From NCBI RefSeq assembly GCF_009914755.1, contig NC_060926.1: DNA of 64,000 nucleotides. One strand, written 5' to 3'. A program made the position numbers and the translations under genes. The first letter of the stretch is position 1; the number at the start of each line of letters is the position of its first letter. The notes below the pieces were generated by a model, which ran no database searches, was not told the origin of the DNA, and was given only the letters and a program-made list of their open reading frames with translations. This DNA comes from the human T2T-CHM13v2.0 reference genome, Homo sapiens. This document shows, piece after piece, positions 18,590 to 33,535 of the stretch.

Positions 18590-18785
18590 GCTAGCATTGT
18601 TCAAAGTGTACTATCTCCTTTAAACCTCCTAAGAGCCCTTTAAACTAGAGGTTTTAATTTCCCTATTTTGCAATTGAGGAAACTAAGGCACAGAGAGGTT
18701 AAGCAACCTTCCCAGGAGCAGTCAGCGTGCTAGGCTGAGCTGGCCCACTCCAGAGCCTGTGCTCCTGGACTGTACCACACTGCTT
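18590..18785 (-). mobile_element. MIR
   Basis: ccctattttgcaattgaggaaactaaggcacagagaggttaagcaaccttccca. Confidence 0.75.
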
Positions 18786-18936
18786 TCGATGCATTACATA
18801 TTCTCCTTCACAGTAAGCCTAGCAAGTGGGTAATGGGGCCTGGGGTCTCTCTGCTCTGGAGCCCAGCACTTCATGTCCTTGCTGTAGTGGTTCCTGGTCA
18901 GCCTGCTTGTGGCTGTTGGGTGTGGCTGCCACACCC

Positions 18937-19342
18937 ATTTGAAATATGTGTACATTGTGAAATGATTAAATCAGGCTAATTAACTTATCAATCACTTCAC
19001 ATACTTAAGATTTTTTAGTGATGAGAGCATTTAAGAACTATTCTCTTAGCAAGTTTCAAGTATATGATACACTGTTATTAACTCTAGTCACCATGCTGTA
19101 CAACAGATCCCCAGAACTTATTCCTCTTATCTCACTGACATTTTATACCCTTTGACCAACGTCTCCCATCTATCTGTCTTCCCCCATCATCTCCTGACAA
19201 GCATCATTCTACTCTTCCTCTGTGAGTTCAACTTTTTTAGGTCCTACATATAGTGAGATCATAGAATACAATGTTTGTCTTTCTGTGCCTGGCTTATTTC
19301 ACTTAGCATAATGTCCTCTAGGTTCATCCATGTTGCTGCAAT
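18937..19342 (-). mobile_element. L1MA 3' end fragment
   Basis: tacattgtgaaatgattaaatcaggctaattaac...tagtcaccatgctgtacaacagatccccagaacttattcctc...ggcttatttcacttagcataatgtcctctaggttcatccatgttg. Confidence 0.85.
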
Positions 19343-20104
19343 TGAATTTTAACAGCTTTTTCTCTAAGCCCTTTTATTTCCAGTGCCCAATAATCAAATA
19401 AGTATACCCCTTGTATACTTATTTGATTATTGGAATGAACATAGAGGTTTATCTGATCTTTATAAAATGTAATGGATCCTGAGCTGGGTTGGCAGTTGGA
19501 GGCAACACCAAGACAGATAACCATCTGCCCCCACAGGGCAAGGAGGTACAGGGTGACCTCATATGTACCTGGAGGATCAGCTGGACTGCCCTGCCCACCT
19601 CCCAGCCTCTGCCTTCCTCTTTCATCAGCACTGTGGGGGCAGCTGTATCTCAGGTGGGATGTGGAGGTCAAGGAATTAGATTGGCCTGAAGCATTCAATA
19701 AAGGAAGGTTCTCTTAAAGTAAGCTTCTGGGTTATTTGAATTTTAAAAGAAAACATTTGTGAACCTTAAATACATTTCCAGTTCGTGATGGTATCAGGCT
19801 GCATGATGAAGGGGGGAAATTTTGATAGGTGGGATGCAGATTTGGGGTAGATTTTAACCACCCTGTACATTGCAAAATGAGACGATTGCCTACTTTCTCT
19901 GTTGAAATTAAGCAAGGTTTAGAGTTGCTATGTTTCTGCTGACTGTGACATGGCACACTGGGCTGAAAAGTGTCCTAGCCAGGGTGGCAGGAAAACGAGG
20001 CTGCCCTTGAAGCTCTAATTGTTTACCAGCTTTTTTCTGCGGATAGATACCTGAAATACTCTATGCCTCAATTCCTTCATGTATAAAATAACACACTTTG
20101 AATA

Positions 20105-20350
20105 GGACATTGGTTCCCCAAACTACTCCTCAGAAAACTAGACTAGTTAATAGACGTTCATTAAAAAATAAGCTCTCTGCCGGGGCGGGGGGTGGGGGGT
20201 GTCACTGTTCAAATAAGTGTGGGGAAAATGCTGACTTAAGCAAAACCAAAGAGATTTCTTCACTGCAGCACATTTCAGAGCCTTTAATATGCTTATGTGT
20301 ATTCTGACTCTTAATGCACAGTATTTCCCATGGATGCCTCTGAGTAAGCT
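20105..20350. mobile_element. Degraded hAT-Charlie element (MER103-like)
   Basis: gttaatagacgttc...ttcaaataagtgtggggaaaatgctg...atttcttcactgcagcacatttcagagcctttaatatg. A related antisense piece lies near 62650-62740. Confidence 0.4.
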
Positions 20351-20599
20351 TGATTTGGGAGATGTGGGACAGAACCCTTTGCTGGTCCAATCCAGCCCTG
20401 ATAAAAGTATTACTCAAAGACTTGAAGATTTCCCCGAAAGATGCCATCGTCTCAAGATGGCTTTATCTTCTCACCCTCCTCACCAGAAACACCCCAAATT
20501 CTTTTCTTCTTCCAAGTTCCTGTAGCATGCGTACACATGTCAATATGCACACAACACACACACACATCCCTCTGTTATAAAAGCAGTTATTATGATTAC

Positions 20600-21240
20600 T
20601 TCTATATCAAATCAACAAATCGCTATCAGAGACCTCCTGTGTCATAGGGGTTGGGGACCTAAGGATAAATCAGATGATGTCCATAAAATTTACGCCCTTA
20701 AGGAGCTCAAAATTTAGTAAAAAGTATGTCATCTTAACAGTTCTACTACATGTTGGCAATCATAATAACTAATGAAAGCTATATGTGGTATATTAATTCG
20801 TATCTTGTCCCTACGGCATAGAAGCTATCGGTCTCATTTTAGAGATGAGGAAAGAAAAAGTAACCTGTCCAAGGTCATAGACCTAATAAGTGGCAAAGCT
20901 GGGACTTGAGCCCAAATCTGTCAAAATACAAAGCCCATTCATTGTCCTTACGAAATAAGGCCTGTAGCCACCTTAGATAGGTAGAGGCCAAAACAGGAGC
21001 AGAGAAGGTGGTTTCTAATTGATCTGGTGTGAGGAGAGGGGATGGGAGGCTTTCTAAAGGAAGTGAACTGAGACTTCAGTAGTGAATTGAAGGAAACCAA
21101 GGATGACAGCAGGAGCCAAGGCACTGAATGAGAAGCAGCGTGGTGCACTAGACACCTATTCATAGTGGCGCTGTCAATTGAGCTGGAATGTCAAGGGGCA
21201 AGTGGTAGGCAGGCACCAGATCATGGGAAGGCTTGTAGAC
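20600..21240 (-). mobile_element. L2 fragments with a nested MIR (~20770-20950)
   Basis: L2-like ggaggctttctaaaggaagtgaactgag. MIR core ctcattttagagatgaggaaag...taacctgtccaaggtcatagacctaataagtggcaaagctgggacttgagccc. Confidence 0.6.
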
Positions 21241-24031
21241 TTCCCCTTCTACCCAGAACCGATGCTTCTCATTGCTGCTGGAGCTCCCACTTTACTTCCT
21301 CCCCAAAGGTTCGTCTTAGGGTTGTTTTGAAGACAGAATTGGGCCCTAGTTGCCAGTCTGGTTGGAGACTGGAAAGCTTCAATGGGATCACCTTGGATCA
21401 GGGAGTCCAGGGCATTCCACAGCTCGCACCTGCCCCTCAGGTTGTGTGTCATCCCTGTCTCTCTCCATTTTTTCCTTCCTTTTTTCTTCCAGATAAGCTG
21501 CCCTAGTTGGAAGGAAGGATTATGGATGTCTTATTGGTTTTCATGGATAATGCCTGTGTAGGGTTGATGCAGTCATGTCACCTGGATCCTCTTCCTGCGT
21601 CTCACATGTGTGTGGCCTTGGTTCTAAGGATGGCACATCAACATCACACCATGCTCACTATTCACTAAGTGACTGAAGCCAGCATTTCTTCACATGCTCT
21701 TAGCAGTCTTTATGGGGACTTTTATTTTAAGAATAACATTAATGATTTTACTAAGAGAGCTCAAGAATTTGAGTATTATGCTAGAACTATTAACAATAAT
21801 GTATATAACAGATACTGTTATCTATGCCTGCCTTGTAGAGCATGATGAGTGGGTGAATGAGTGAACATGTAAAATAGAAAACAAGGAGGACAATTTTCTT
21901 ATCCATAGGAGGCTACTCAGTACTTTTTTCTCTAAGAAAGAAATTAATTTAGATGCAAAAACAAAAATGTTCTATTATCAAGGACAACGCTCTTTTATTA
22001 ATAACCCCTGTATCCTTTTCTACCTGAGTGAATGCTATGTAAAATCTTATTATATTCTGCTTTGCTACAATAATACACTTCTTCAATTATCATTATTTAT
22101 AGAGACTTATAAATGAAGATGGTGCATTAAAAGGAAGAATTCCTGCCTCAGTGATACAGAGTTGGGAGCTTATTTGATACATTTTTTTGCCTTCAAATGC
22201 AGGATGAGGAAATCCTTCTTTCCTCTAACTAAGTGTGCTAATTAGTTAAATGTGTTTGAAAAGTCAAATTATAGTTTAGGTTGATTTAGCCAATCTTATA
22301 CCCTTTCACAAAAATAAAACTGCGATGGTCTTTGAGCTGTCAGGATACATACTGTGTGTAGCTGAAGGTATTAATCACAGATTTGGAGGATATGTACACA
22401 CATAGATTTGTTTTTAAAACATTCATTATCAAGTGAGAAATATTGGTTAAGATTTAGAAGTTGGCTGCTAATGAACCCAGTGGTTTGCAAATAGGGTTAG
22501 CCATAGGGTTTTTACCTAAGTCATTGTTTTGTTGTTGGCTGTTTGAATTTTTTTTCTTTTTCCTACAAGAAAAGAGAGCACAGGCTGGCTCTTCTCTGCT
22601 GTGAGAAATTCTGGAAGAACTCTCCACACCTACCAGATTAGTAATTACAGCTCTTTCTTGAACTTAAATTATTTCAAAGGCCAAATGGAAACAACTCTCA
22701 CGGTTTTTGGACAAATATTTGGTCAGGATTCTTGGAACCATGGGAAAAACCCTACTCCATGCCAGGTAGGACACAAGATTCAGTATGAGTTGGTTCTTCC
22801 CAGTCTTGAGTGGGAATCAAGATGAGGCTAAGTGCTTGTTAATGGTTGAAGGTGAGCCATATTCTTCACGTTCTCTAACCCTTTCTTGACAGCTAGCTAC
22901 AAGGGCAGATGGTTTAGGCTTTGTGGTAAGGAGGAGAATTTGTGTAGAAAGAAAGGGCATGATTTGTAAATTATGGTGGGAGGGAGAATTCTGGCTTCCT
23001 CCTGTCCCCAGAATCCATGGGACTTGGAAGAGTGAGTACTCTGTACTGGAAATAGCTCAAAAGGAAGTAGCAGTTTTTTGCTGTGAGCTGGGCTTCTCTC
23101 AACACAAAGCAATGGAAGAAACATTTCATGAAGAGGTTAAAGATTTCAGAGTGGTTTGTTTACATTTGGCTTTCAGACAATGTGGTGAGGGGTGTCAGGA
23201 AGGGCAGAAAACCCTTAATAATGTGGGTAAGCAGGGCAGTGCCAAAGACATTGGGTGGGGTGGGAGAATGAACTGATCTCAAAGCCTCAAACAGAATCTT
23301 CATGCCAGCCCTCTAAAATGATGACAGAGTGGCCCAAAACACCTTCCAGTGGGCACTGCCAATAAAACTCAGTTCAAATAGTGCAGAATATCTCCACGGG
23401 TGCATAGCAGGCAGCATCTGCTTTATAACTGATTACTAGTACTTCTTGTTTCTGAAGATTTGGAAACATGAATAAAAGAAAGGTAAATGCATCACTCCAA
23501 ATACAGAAATGACTACCTCTATATAGTGCCAAGGTAACTCTTTTTTTGATTAAAGGATATAAAGCATATGCCTCATAATCTAATGTTAGATTTGGAACCA
23601 GGTTATTTTGAATGTAAGAACAGACCTGGCTGCAATTTAGTTCACTTAGAACTACTATATTGTTTCTGAGTACATTTTACACTTCCGCATTTTTGGAATA
23701 TCTCTAGGGTAAAAATTCCTGGAAAAAATAAAATGAAAAATGGCATTCTGAAACATAAGAAGAGTTTAATGAAAGACACTAAAGGCAAAAATTTCTTCAG
23801 ACCACCACCCCCTCCCAATAAATAAAAAATGACAAGCTGTAACTGAAATGTACCTAGTGTTCCATTCCTGCCTGGGAGTTCCTTGACTCCTTTCCCTTCT
23901 GGCTGTTTGCACTTGAAAATGCCTTCTTGTCAGTTCTCAAGAACCTTCAGATTGATGGAGAAAGCAAACAAGCACACAGCCAACAAGCTGAATAGCTCCT
24001 AGAGTAAATACATCCTTTAGAATTGTGAATA

Positions 24032-24261
24032 CAGTCATGCATATGCATAATGACCGCATAATGACATTTTGGTCAACAGTGGACTGCGTGTCCAACAGTA
24101 ATCCCATACGATTATAATGGCTATACTCAATAGCCTAGGTGTATAGTAGGCTATACCATCTGGGCTTGTATAAGTACACTCTATGATGTTCACACAACAC
24201 CAAAATCACCTAACAATGCATTTCTCAGAGCGTATCCTCGTTGTTAAATGATGTATGATTG
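24032..24261. mobile_element. Tigger3/MER7 (Golem) non-autonomous element
   Basis: TA|cagtcatgc...tagcctaggtgtatagtaggctataccatct...catttctcagagcgtatcctcgttgttaaatgatgtatgattg|TA, with TIRs and TA target duplication. Confidence 0.85.
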
Positions 24262-24679
24262 TATATTACTAGACATACACAACAAGACATCATTTGCCCT
24301 TCAGGAATTGAAGTATTTTGATGCAATTGAACTTTAAATCAAATTGGGGCAAGACAGCTTTTCCCTATAACTCTAGCCTTGCCAAGGGGCTCCAGAAAGA
24401 GAAATGAACTTTTTTAAAAAACATTGATTTTTATGCAAATAGATTCGCAGTTAAGATTGGGTATGCATGAATAACTTTCTCCCTCTAGGTGTAGAATAAA
24501 GTATCAGTGTCTATGAAGTCCAAGAGAGATCATCTCTGGCTAGTTCTCTATTATTGACATTTTTAAAACCACCTTTAACCTTTAGCTGATAAGGCTTAAA
24601 GAAATATTAATGTAAAAAGCATATTTATTTACAAAACAAAATTTAAGCTAGTGGCTGGATCCTTTTGGAGGACTCTTTT

Positions 24680-25940
24680 GGAGCCAGAGTTCCTGGCTGC
24701 AAGGGACAGAATGCCAGCTCAAACTAGCTTGGGCAAAGGGAGATTTATTGGATGGATATTAAGGCTTCTATAATAATTAAAGGAAGAGTTAAAAACTGGC
24801 CAGAAATGCAAGGGTTGAACACAGTTGGGGCTTTTTTGACTCTCTCTCATCACCGTTTCTCTTAGCCAGCAAGTTTCATTCTCTTCTTCCTCCTCCATGA
24901 TGGGAGGAACATGGCATACACATGTTTCTGCGTGTCACACCTTGGGGGCTCCTGTACCAGAGAAGACTGGTTTATTTTTCCATTCTCACTTGAAAAATAT
25001 TCAGGAAGACTTCTAATTGGCCAGACTTGGTGAAAATGTCCAACACTGACCCAAATAACAGTAGCCAGTAGGCTTAGCCATGTAAGAATGTGAAACTCTT
25101 CAATAGTTACACATGATTGGTGTTAGCAGAAGACCCGTTCCCGTAAGAAGGGGGAAGTATAGAGCAGAATGCATTGCGAATGCCCCCTAGAACTTTGGTT
25201 TTATTGTTTCAACCTTGTATTTTGATTTGAAAAGTTGTAATGGAGTGGTATTCAATTTTTAGAGAAGAAAATAGGTAACGTTCCTACTTGTCAATAGGTA
25301 ACATGTCAGTGAGGAACACTGCTGTCTTCTGGTATTTGCAGAAATATTCACCAGAGCAACCTTTAGCTTCATTTTGCATGCCTAGGCTAATGAGGTTATT
25401 CAAACTCTGTGTTGTTGTTGTAGTGGTCATCTGTGGTTTTGCTCTCCCAGCATCTAGTCAGTCCTTCTGCTTCAGCTTGAAACACCTAGGTTTTCCTGTG
25501 GGAAACCAATACCTCCCACATTCTCATACCTTGTGATTTCAATAAAAATGACACTTTTGCTCTGGTTTCAGCTACATGCTAGTGACGCAGCCCTGGGCAA
25601 GTGGAATGGCACATTACTCTGGCCAATTCTTGGTCCAAAGATGGACCTCCCTCCTTTCTTAGAGCTTTTCTTGAAACATTTTGAAAAGAGACTTCTGGAG
25701 AATGCCTTTGGAACTGCTGGTGGCTGTAGTTTGGGAGGACCTGATGAGAATAAAAGTAAAAGAGAGGGCAGAGCAAAGTTGAGGGATGAAAATTCCTGAA
25801 AACAAGGTTAAAAGTCCAGCCATGTCTAAACTGGATGGTTAGGTGAGACAGTAAAATGCTTCCCCTTCCTTCCCAGTTGCAGTTTTAGTTACAGCCTATT
25901 TGATTGGGATTTCTGTACCTTACAACCAATGTGTTCTTAA
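24680..25940. mobile_element. Cluster of degraded MaLR (MLT1J/K/L-like) LTR pieces
   Basis: ggctgcaagggacagaatgccagctcaaactagcttgggcaaagggagatttattgg, and the terminal gggatttctgtaccttacaaccaa. Confidence 0.45.
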
Positions 25941-26002
25941 AAATGCTACTATCTTCATGAGCTGAACTGTAATTTCTAGTTAGCTCTTTAGCTCCACTTC
26001 CT

Positions 26003-26815
<813 letters not shown>

Positions 26816-28179
26816 CCCAGACAAGTTTTTAAAGCAGGGCATATCTTGAGCAATTCCCAAATTGCATGAAAGGTGCCTGTGGTCAGCGTGATATATTTAA
26901 AGAGACTTAGCTTTTGAAAGACCTACCTTTAGTTTATACTTTTGGAAACTGTATTAACTTTTTCAGGCACCTAAGATACCACCATATTAAAAATTAAATC
27001 AAGATTGATTGTGATCTTTGAGGCTTCAGAATTCCATTCTGCTCTTGTATTAGGCATTTTTAAATTTCTGTTTGAATAGCATTGAAATATTTAGATTTGT
27101 ATTTGTTTGCCACTTTATAATTGCGTATATACTGACTTAGTCCTGAGATTTTGTAATTTAGTACTTGGTTCTTAAGATAGCTTCCAAAGTGCTTAATTTT
27201 CATCTAGTGACCAGTTTAAGTGGAAGTATCTCATTTTATAGACTGTACATGAAATAGTAATTAGGATGTAGACTTGTAAAACTTGACCTGGCTTATGGTC
27301 CTAGCACTTTGCCTCTGACTGATGTAGAAATCCTCCTTTATATTGTCTAGTACCATCCACACAGTGAAGGTTCAGAGTGCACCTCTTCTCAACTTTCTCC
27401 CAAGTGGAGGAAGTCCAATAGATCTTGAACTAATTTTTTTTTTTCTGTTTTGGAATGTAGCAAGTAATCCATTGGAATAAAACCAGCAGTTGAGTAACTC
27501 ATGCAAAGGTAATTTAGAGCACAAATTAAATCTGTCAGAGCGGTATTAGATTTGCAAAAGCTCATAAATAACAAATGAAAGGTCACAGAACTGTGAAAAT
27601 GAGAGTGTACTTCTTCATAAAGAGAACCGTATTCAGGGACACGATCTGCAGTGCATATTCAAATAGCAGCATCATAAAATGGAAACACAATGTCTTTTCT
27701 AAATGTCTAATACAGTACAAAGGCACTGCAGATTCTGTGGAAAAGCATCAAAGTCCCAGGAAAGACTTCATATCATCTGAACATGTCCAGCGTCACATTT
27801 GTGAGGTTTGTGGATTAAAGCTCCATCAACTACTGAGAATCTATGAGGAAAAGATACATCCCCTGAGCAGTGTTTGTATTTCAGTAGCTGTTAGGTTAAT
27901 TGTGAATGCATGCCACTCATTTTTCATTTTTCAGTTCCTAGAAAATACTAATAGAGTGAGTGGTGCTTCATGATTTACTGCAGGAATGTAAACAGTCGGT
28001 GATATGAATAAACAGTCCTGCCCATCCTGTTTTTCTCATGGAAAAGAGAGGTGGAAAATACAGCCTTGTCTACTATAAAGTAGACAAGTTATTTTACTGT
28101 GCATTGTATGCATTTTTTTTAGTCCTGTGTCGGTTGTGATTTTTATAAGGGAACAAAATCTGTTTATAAAAAATAATGT

Positions 28180-28812
28180 GTGGGCTCTATCAAAATTAAA
28201 AACTTTTGTAGATCAAAGGACTCCATCAAGAAAGTAAAAGACAACAAAGAATGGGAGAGGATATTTGCAAACATTTATCTGAAAAGGATCTAGAATCCAG
28301 AATATAGAACTCTTACAACTCAAAAATAATTAGATAATATTCAGGCAAAATATTGGGCAAAGGATTTGAATAGACATCACTCCAAAGAAGATATACAAAT
28401 GGCTAATAAGCACATGAAAAGATGTTCAACATCACTGATTGCTTGGGAAATACAAGTCAAAATCAGCGTGAGATATACTTCACAGCCACTAGGATGGCTA
28501 TAATTTTTTTAAAAAAGAAAAGAAAAGTGTTGGTGAGGATGTGGGGAAATTGAAACACATATATTGCTGATGAGAATGTAAAATGGTGCAGCTTCAGTGC
28601 AAAACTGGCAGTTCCTCCAAAAGTAAAACGTAAGACCACAAGACCCAGCAGTTCCACTCCTGCATATATACCCAAGAAAAACAGAATGCATATGTCCACA
28701 CACAAACATGTACATGAATGTTAGCAGCAGTATTCACAATAGCCAAAAAGTGAAAATCACCCAATGTCTATCATCTGATAATGGATAAACATAGTATGTT
28801 CATACAATAAAA
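28180..28812 (+). mobile_element. L1M(B/E) ORF2 end and 3'UTR fragment
   Basis: atcaaaattaaaaacttttg...gaatgggagaggatatttgcaaac...aagaagatatacaaatggctaataagcacatgaaaagatgttcaacatc. Confidence 0.85.
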
Positions 28813-28814
28813 GA

Positions 28815-29186
28815 AACCTCAGATTTCTGTGCCAGGTGCTTTCTTTCTGTTTCCTGATCAGAGGTCCGTCCACACTGGGTTATGGCCCTCCATTCTGGCT
28901 GCTGAAGCGTAGGGGAGGGAGGGAGTTCCTTGTGGAGTGAAGCTTGATCAGTGGTGATCAAGCAGGAAGGAACCAGGTAGATGACTTGTCTCTTTCTCCT
29001 TCCATGGGCTACACCAAGGTGCAGGCCTTCCTCTTAATCTTCTACCGTTGTGGTGTCATTTGAGGTGGTGAGCAGCATAGTACCCTATGAGCACGTTGCC
29101 TCCTGTTTTCTAGATTTATTTCCATCTCTCTTTTCCCCCTTTCCCTCATTGTCTTAGGCTTGCATCTTCCAAATAGTGTTAGGACA
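28815..29186. mobile_element. Probable solo ERVL LTR (LTR16/33-like)
   Basis: A GC-richer ~370-bp block ending ...gcttgcatcttccaaata...gttaggaca, which resembles ERVL LTR ends. Confidence 0.35.
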
Positions 29187-30379
29187 CCAGGGGAGGGCAT
29201 GGTAAGAGATGAGAAGAGAGAACATTCTGTTTCATATTGAATCTATTATTTTAGAAGACATGACTATTTTGAGGTTATGTTCATTGGTTTTAGGTGAAAA
29301 GCTGACTGACTTGTGCATAAAAAGTAAGTCTGTCAAACTCATTCTTTGAAAAATGTTATTAAAAGTTTTTCTCTATAAAATAATACATGCTCATTAAGAT
29401 GTTTTGAATATGTAAATGAATATTAAAACACTCCTTAAGTCCTACATTATTTTGGTGTCTATCCTTTCAGTCCTTTTACTAACTACACATAAACCTAGAA
29501 AAGACATACTCTTTTTTTTCCAAAGAAGAAATGATTTCACAAGTAAAATGTATTGTGAGAATTAAAATTCAACTACTTTAAGAATTTGGAAATTCAGCAT
29601 TAAACACATGAAATTCATGGTTAAAAAATTATTTGAATCCCCCAAATTTGAAAACTTGTGCTAAAGAAATCAGGCCTAATGAATTCAGCTTGCTCTTTCC
29701 TGTGATGAGTAGAGGTGGATATCTTGTAATGAATGAAATAGTTGCTTAATTTCATCCACGCTGATCCACCATCCTGTGCACACACAGGACATGGCCTTGG
29801 AAGGTGATACAAGGCAATGTGCTCCTGACCTCCATCAGCATCTTTTATACAAGTAAAAATTCTTTTTCTTTGGTATGGAGATATTGCCATACAGTCAGGA
29901 AAGCTGTGGGGGACTTGGTTTAGTTCCTGGCTGCAAAGCAGGAACTTTGATTGTTTTCTCATGAGGCACCCTGCTTGTTATGAGGCATAGCTTCAAGCAG
30001 CAATTGTAGCCATTTGGGGTTTTTGGCCATTTGGGTTTTTTAGCTTCTATGAGCAGAGTGCTGTACTCCAGTCCCTAGTTTTATGCTGTGAGCCTGGTTT
30101 TAGTTCCCTATCTCACATGAAGACATGTAAGACTATTCTCCACAGAGGCCAAGTTCCTGCAGCCACATCCCTGCTACTGGGTCCATTTCCCAGCAGCCCT
30201 ATGGCATTTTCCCCATGTTGTATATGTACTCTGTGTCTAGTCTGTAAAAATATCCATCTCCTTTTTGACCTGAGCCTTGGCTTTTTGGTATTGTCCTTTA
30301 ATATATCATTAGCATTAGTGTATAATTTTATCAGAAAGGATGTGGAATCATGATATATTGTGAAGACATCTCCCACCAT

Positions 30380-30505
30380 TTCTTTTTATTATTATTATTA
30401 TACTTTAAATTCTGGGATACATGGGTAGAACGTGCAGATTTGTTACATAGGTATACATGTGCCATGGTGGTTTGCTGCACCTGTCAGCCCGTCATCTATG
30501 TTAGG
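30380..30505 (-). mobile_element. 126-bp L1PA (about PA7-8) 3' terminal fragment
   Basis: tattatactttaaattctgggatacatgggtagaacgtgcagatttgttacataggtatacatgtgccatggtggtttgctgcacc. Candidate TSD CACCAT at 30374-30379 and 30506-30511. Confidence 0.88.
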
Positions 30506-31357
30506 CACCATGGAGGTACCATGATCACTCTTAGTTCTGCACATAGACATTTGCAAACCAATTAGACGATAAATAAGTAGTATGATGGAGGGAGGGGGGA
30601 AGCATGTTTGACAATTTAAACACACTATTAAAGGCAACAAAACAAAAATGGAAAATGCTGCATAAGGTTACATGGAAGAGTAAGTTAAAAATTGAAGTGA
30701 TGCCACATAGTTTTGTAAGTCGTTACTTTTTTCCAAAAAGTAACCAGAACAAAAGTTCTGCTATACTTAATCCTCATCGATTTAAACTTTGCCATGAGTT
30801 TGCTTTACTGTGTACTTTACTATGAATATAATTTTTCATATTCTTGATATTGTGAATTTTTAACTATCCCTTCAAGACATTTCTCACTCCCATCTGCTCA
30901 TATTTTTGGTCATAAAAGATATAGTATACATGACTTCAAATTAAGTCTTTTTCTATAGCATGGATCTGGATTTTTATTTTTAGCAGATGTGATGATGTTT
31001 TTATCACTCATCTCTTATGGCAAAACAAAGGATGAGTTGACGAAGAAAGGGAGTGGAGGGCAAGAGGCCAACCCTGAGGTATTAGAATAGTCTGACATAA
31101 ATGTTCCCATCCACTCCCACAGAGGCTCTCAGAACCCTCTCTGTGGCCAGGGTCTGAGGCAGGGAAAGTAAGGATAATCACGGCAAGTTCCTGTCCTGAG
31201 GAGCTCATGGTCCTATAACCTGGGAAGGAGTTTACAGTACTCTGTGTCACCTCAGATCAATTATACTCTTTTAAAATTATGAAACATCATCATCACTGGG
31301 ACATGTCTTGTGGGAGGAAATGTTACCTAAAAAACAAAACAACAACAACAGAAAACA

Positions 31358-31712
31358 TGCAGTGGGCTGAAATGTGTGCCCCCAAAATTCATATGTTGAA
31401 GCCTAACCCCTGGTATCTTGGATTGTGACTATATTTGGAGATTGAGCCTTTAAGGAGGTAATTAAGGCTGAGGCCATAAAGCTGAGACCCTAATCCAATC
31501 TGACTGGGTTCTTATGAGTAGAGGAAGTGACACCAGGACTATGCATGTAGGGCAAAGCCATCAGCAAGCCAAGAAGAGAGGCCTCAGGAGACAGCAGCCT
31601 TGCCGACACCTTGATCTTGGACTTCCTAGCTTCCAGAACTGTGAGAAATCTCTGTTGTATAAGCCCCCCAGTCTATGGTATTTTGTTACGGCAGCCTGGG
31701 CTAACTCATACA
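31358..31712 (+). mobile_element. MLT1A-type MaLR solo LTR
   Basis: TG...gggctgaaatgtgtgcccccaaaattcatatgttgaagcctaacccc...caccttgatcttggacttcc...tatggtattttgttacggcagcctgggctaactcataCA. Confidence 0.85.
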
Positions 31713-32998
31713 CCATGGATTTACTATCTTAATTTTGTATTTTCCTCTCCAGTCTTTTGTCTGTGCATTTGTTCACATTTATGTTTACAGTTACACACAT
31801 AATGTTCATTCCATTTTGATCTCTGACTCTCAAACTGAGCCCTGCTACGTACAGATTGGGAGGAGATGGGGGTATTGGCCATAGTGCTGCCAGGTATCCA
31901 TGGGATGCTGTGCAGACCTGTCCCAGAGGTGCAGCCTCACCTTACCAACCTCACCATGCTGGCAGAGAAAAGCCAGATGGATGTGGAAAGAAGCACTGTT
32001 GAATTCATTCAAGATGAAGTGATGTTTGTCTCTGTCACTTGGCTGCTGACTTGCAAGGGAAAGATACTGGTGGATACTTGTTTTTTCATCATGTTGTTCA
32101 ACCAAGTGCCCAGCACAGTGCCTGGCAGTCACATTTATTAAGTGATTGAGTGGCCCATTCTCTTCCTGAATGCCAGGTTTGCTTGGGGAATTAAATTGTA
32201 AACAGAAGATGGCGTAGTGAGCATGAAATTAGCAAGGTTGGCATTATCAAGCTGTTACAAGTGATAAGAGAGCTCTACTCTGTTGTCTAACAATTTGCCA
32301 ATTAAAAAAGAATAATCACATCTGGAAGTAATTTAGCATGTTATGCATTTTATGGTTTCAGCTATTTAAAAAAATATTTTAAAAAGTTATAATACTATTC
32401 ACTTAATGTGGTCCCATTCTGTAATTTTGAACAATTGCTTGCACCCTATAAACAATTGGGTCTGTTGGGCTCCTTAGAGTGTTCTACTTTGTAAGTTCAT
32501 TTTTATACCTTCTATCATTGTGTTTTGATTAATTTTGCTTTGTAGTATATTCTAGATCTGATTGGGTCGTATTGATTTTCTGTACTGAGTTTCTGTTTCA
32601 TAATATATTTCCTTGCCTATGTATTTTTACAAAGTAATTATGCTATTTAAAAAATCTTGTTGAACATTTATATTAAACAAAATATCAAAACTGTTTGTTT
32701 TCAGCTAGGTTAAAATAAAATGAGTAACCTTGACTCCTTGCAGAGCAATAGAGATAATGGTACTTGGAAAAGTAGTAGAACATGAGGAATAAGCTTTATA
32801 GGAAACCAAGAAGATAGCAAGAGAATAGCACCTATATAAAAATTAAGACAGATCTCTGCATTCCCAGTAAGCAGAGCAATTCAGGCTTATTACAGATTTG
32901 TCTTTTCCTTAATTTTGAGTGAAAAGGACAATCAGAATAAAGGACACAGTAGATAGTAATCACTTAGTGCTATAGCGATAACACAATCTTATCAGTTT

Positions 32999-33293
<295 letters not shown>

Positions 33294-33344
33294 TCCAATC
33301 CGTTTTTTAAATACACCTTAAGTCAGTCTTAAGAACAAAGAATT

Positions 33345-33535
33345 GCCTAGTGTTTAACTGTGCAGACTCCAAAGCCACATTGCCTGGGTTAGAGTCAGAT
33401 CTGCTACTTATTTGCTGAACCCCAGTTTACCCAAAATGGGTTAATAATTATGCCTACCTCATACGGTTGCTGGGAGAATAAATGGATATACATAAAGGAC
33501 TTCAGTAGTACCTGGCCAACAAATATTAGTTACAT
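33345..33535 (+). mobile_element. MIR
   Basis: cagactccaaagccacattgcctgggtt...cagtttacccaaaatgggttaataattatgcctacctcatacggttgctgggagaataaatg. Confidence 0.7.

Noticed and set aside
20180-20200. G-rich runs with G-quadruplex potential (also ~60272-60295 and ~63325)
   Set aside because: Short, mostly inside repeats, with no functional context.
27575-27973. 132-aa ORF with a CxxC...H zinc-finger-like stretch (HICEVCGLKLH)
   Set aside because: The C2H2 spacing is incomplete, there is no exon context, and the length is within chance expectation.
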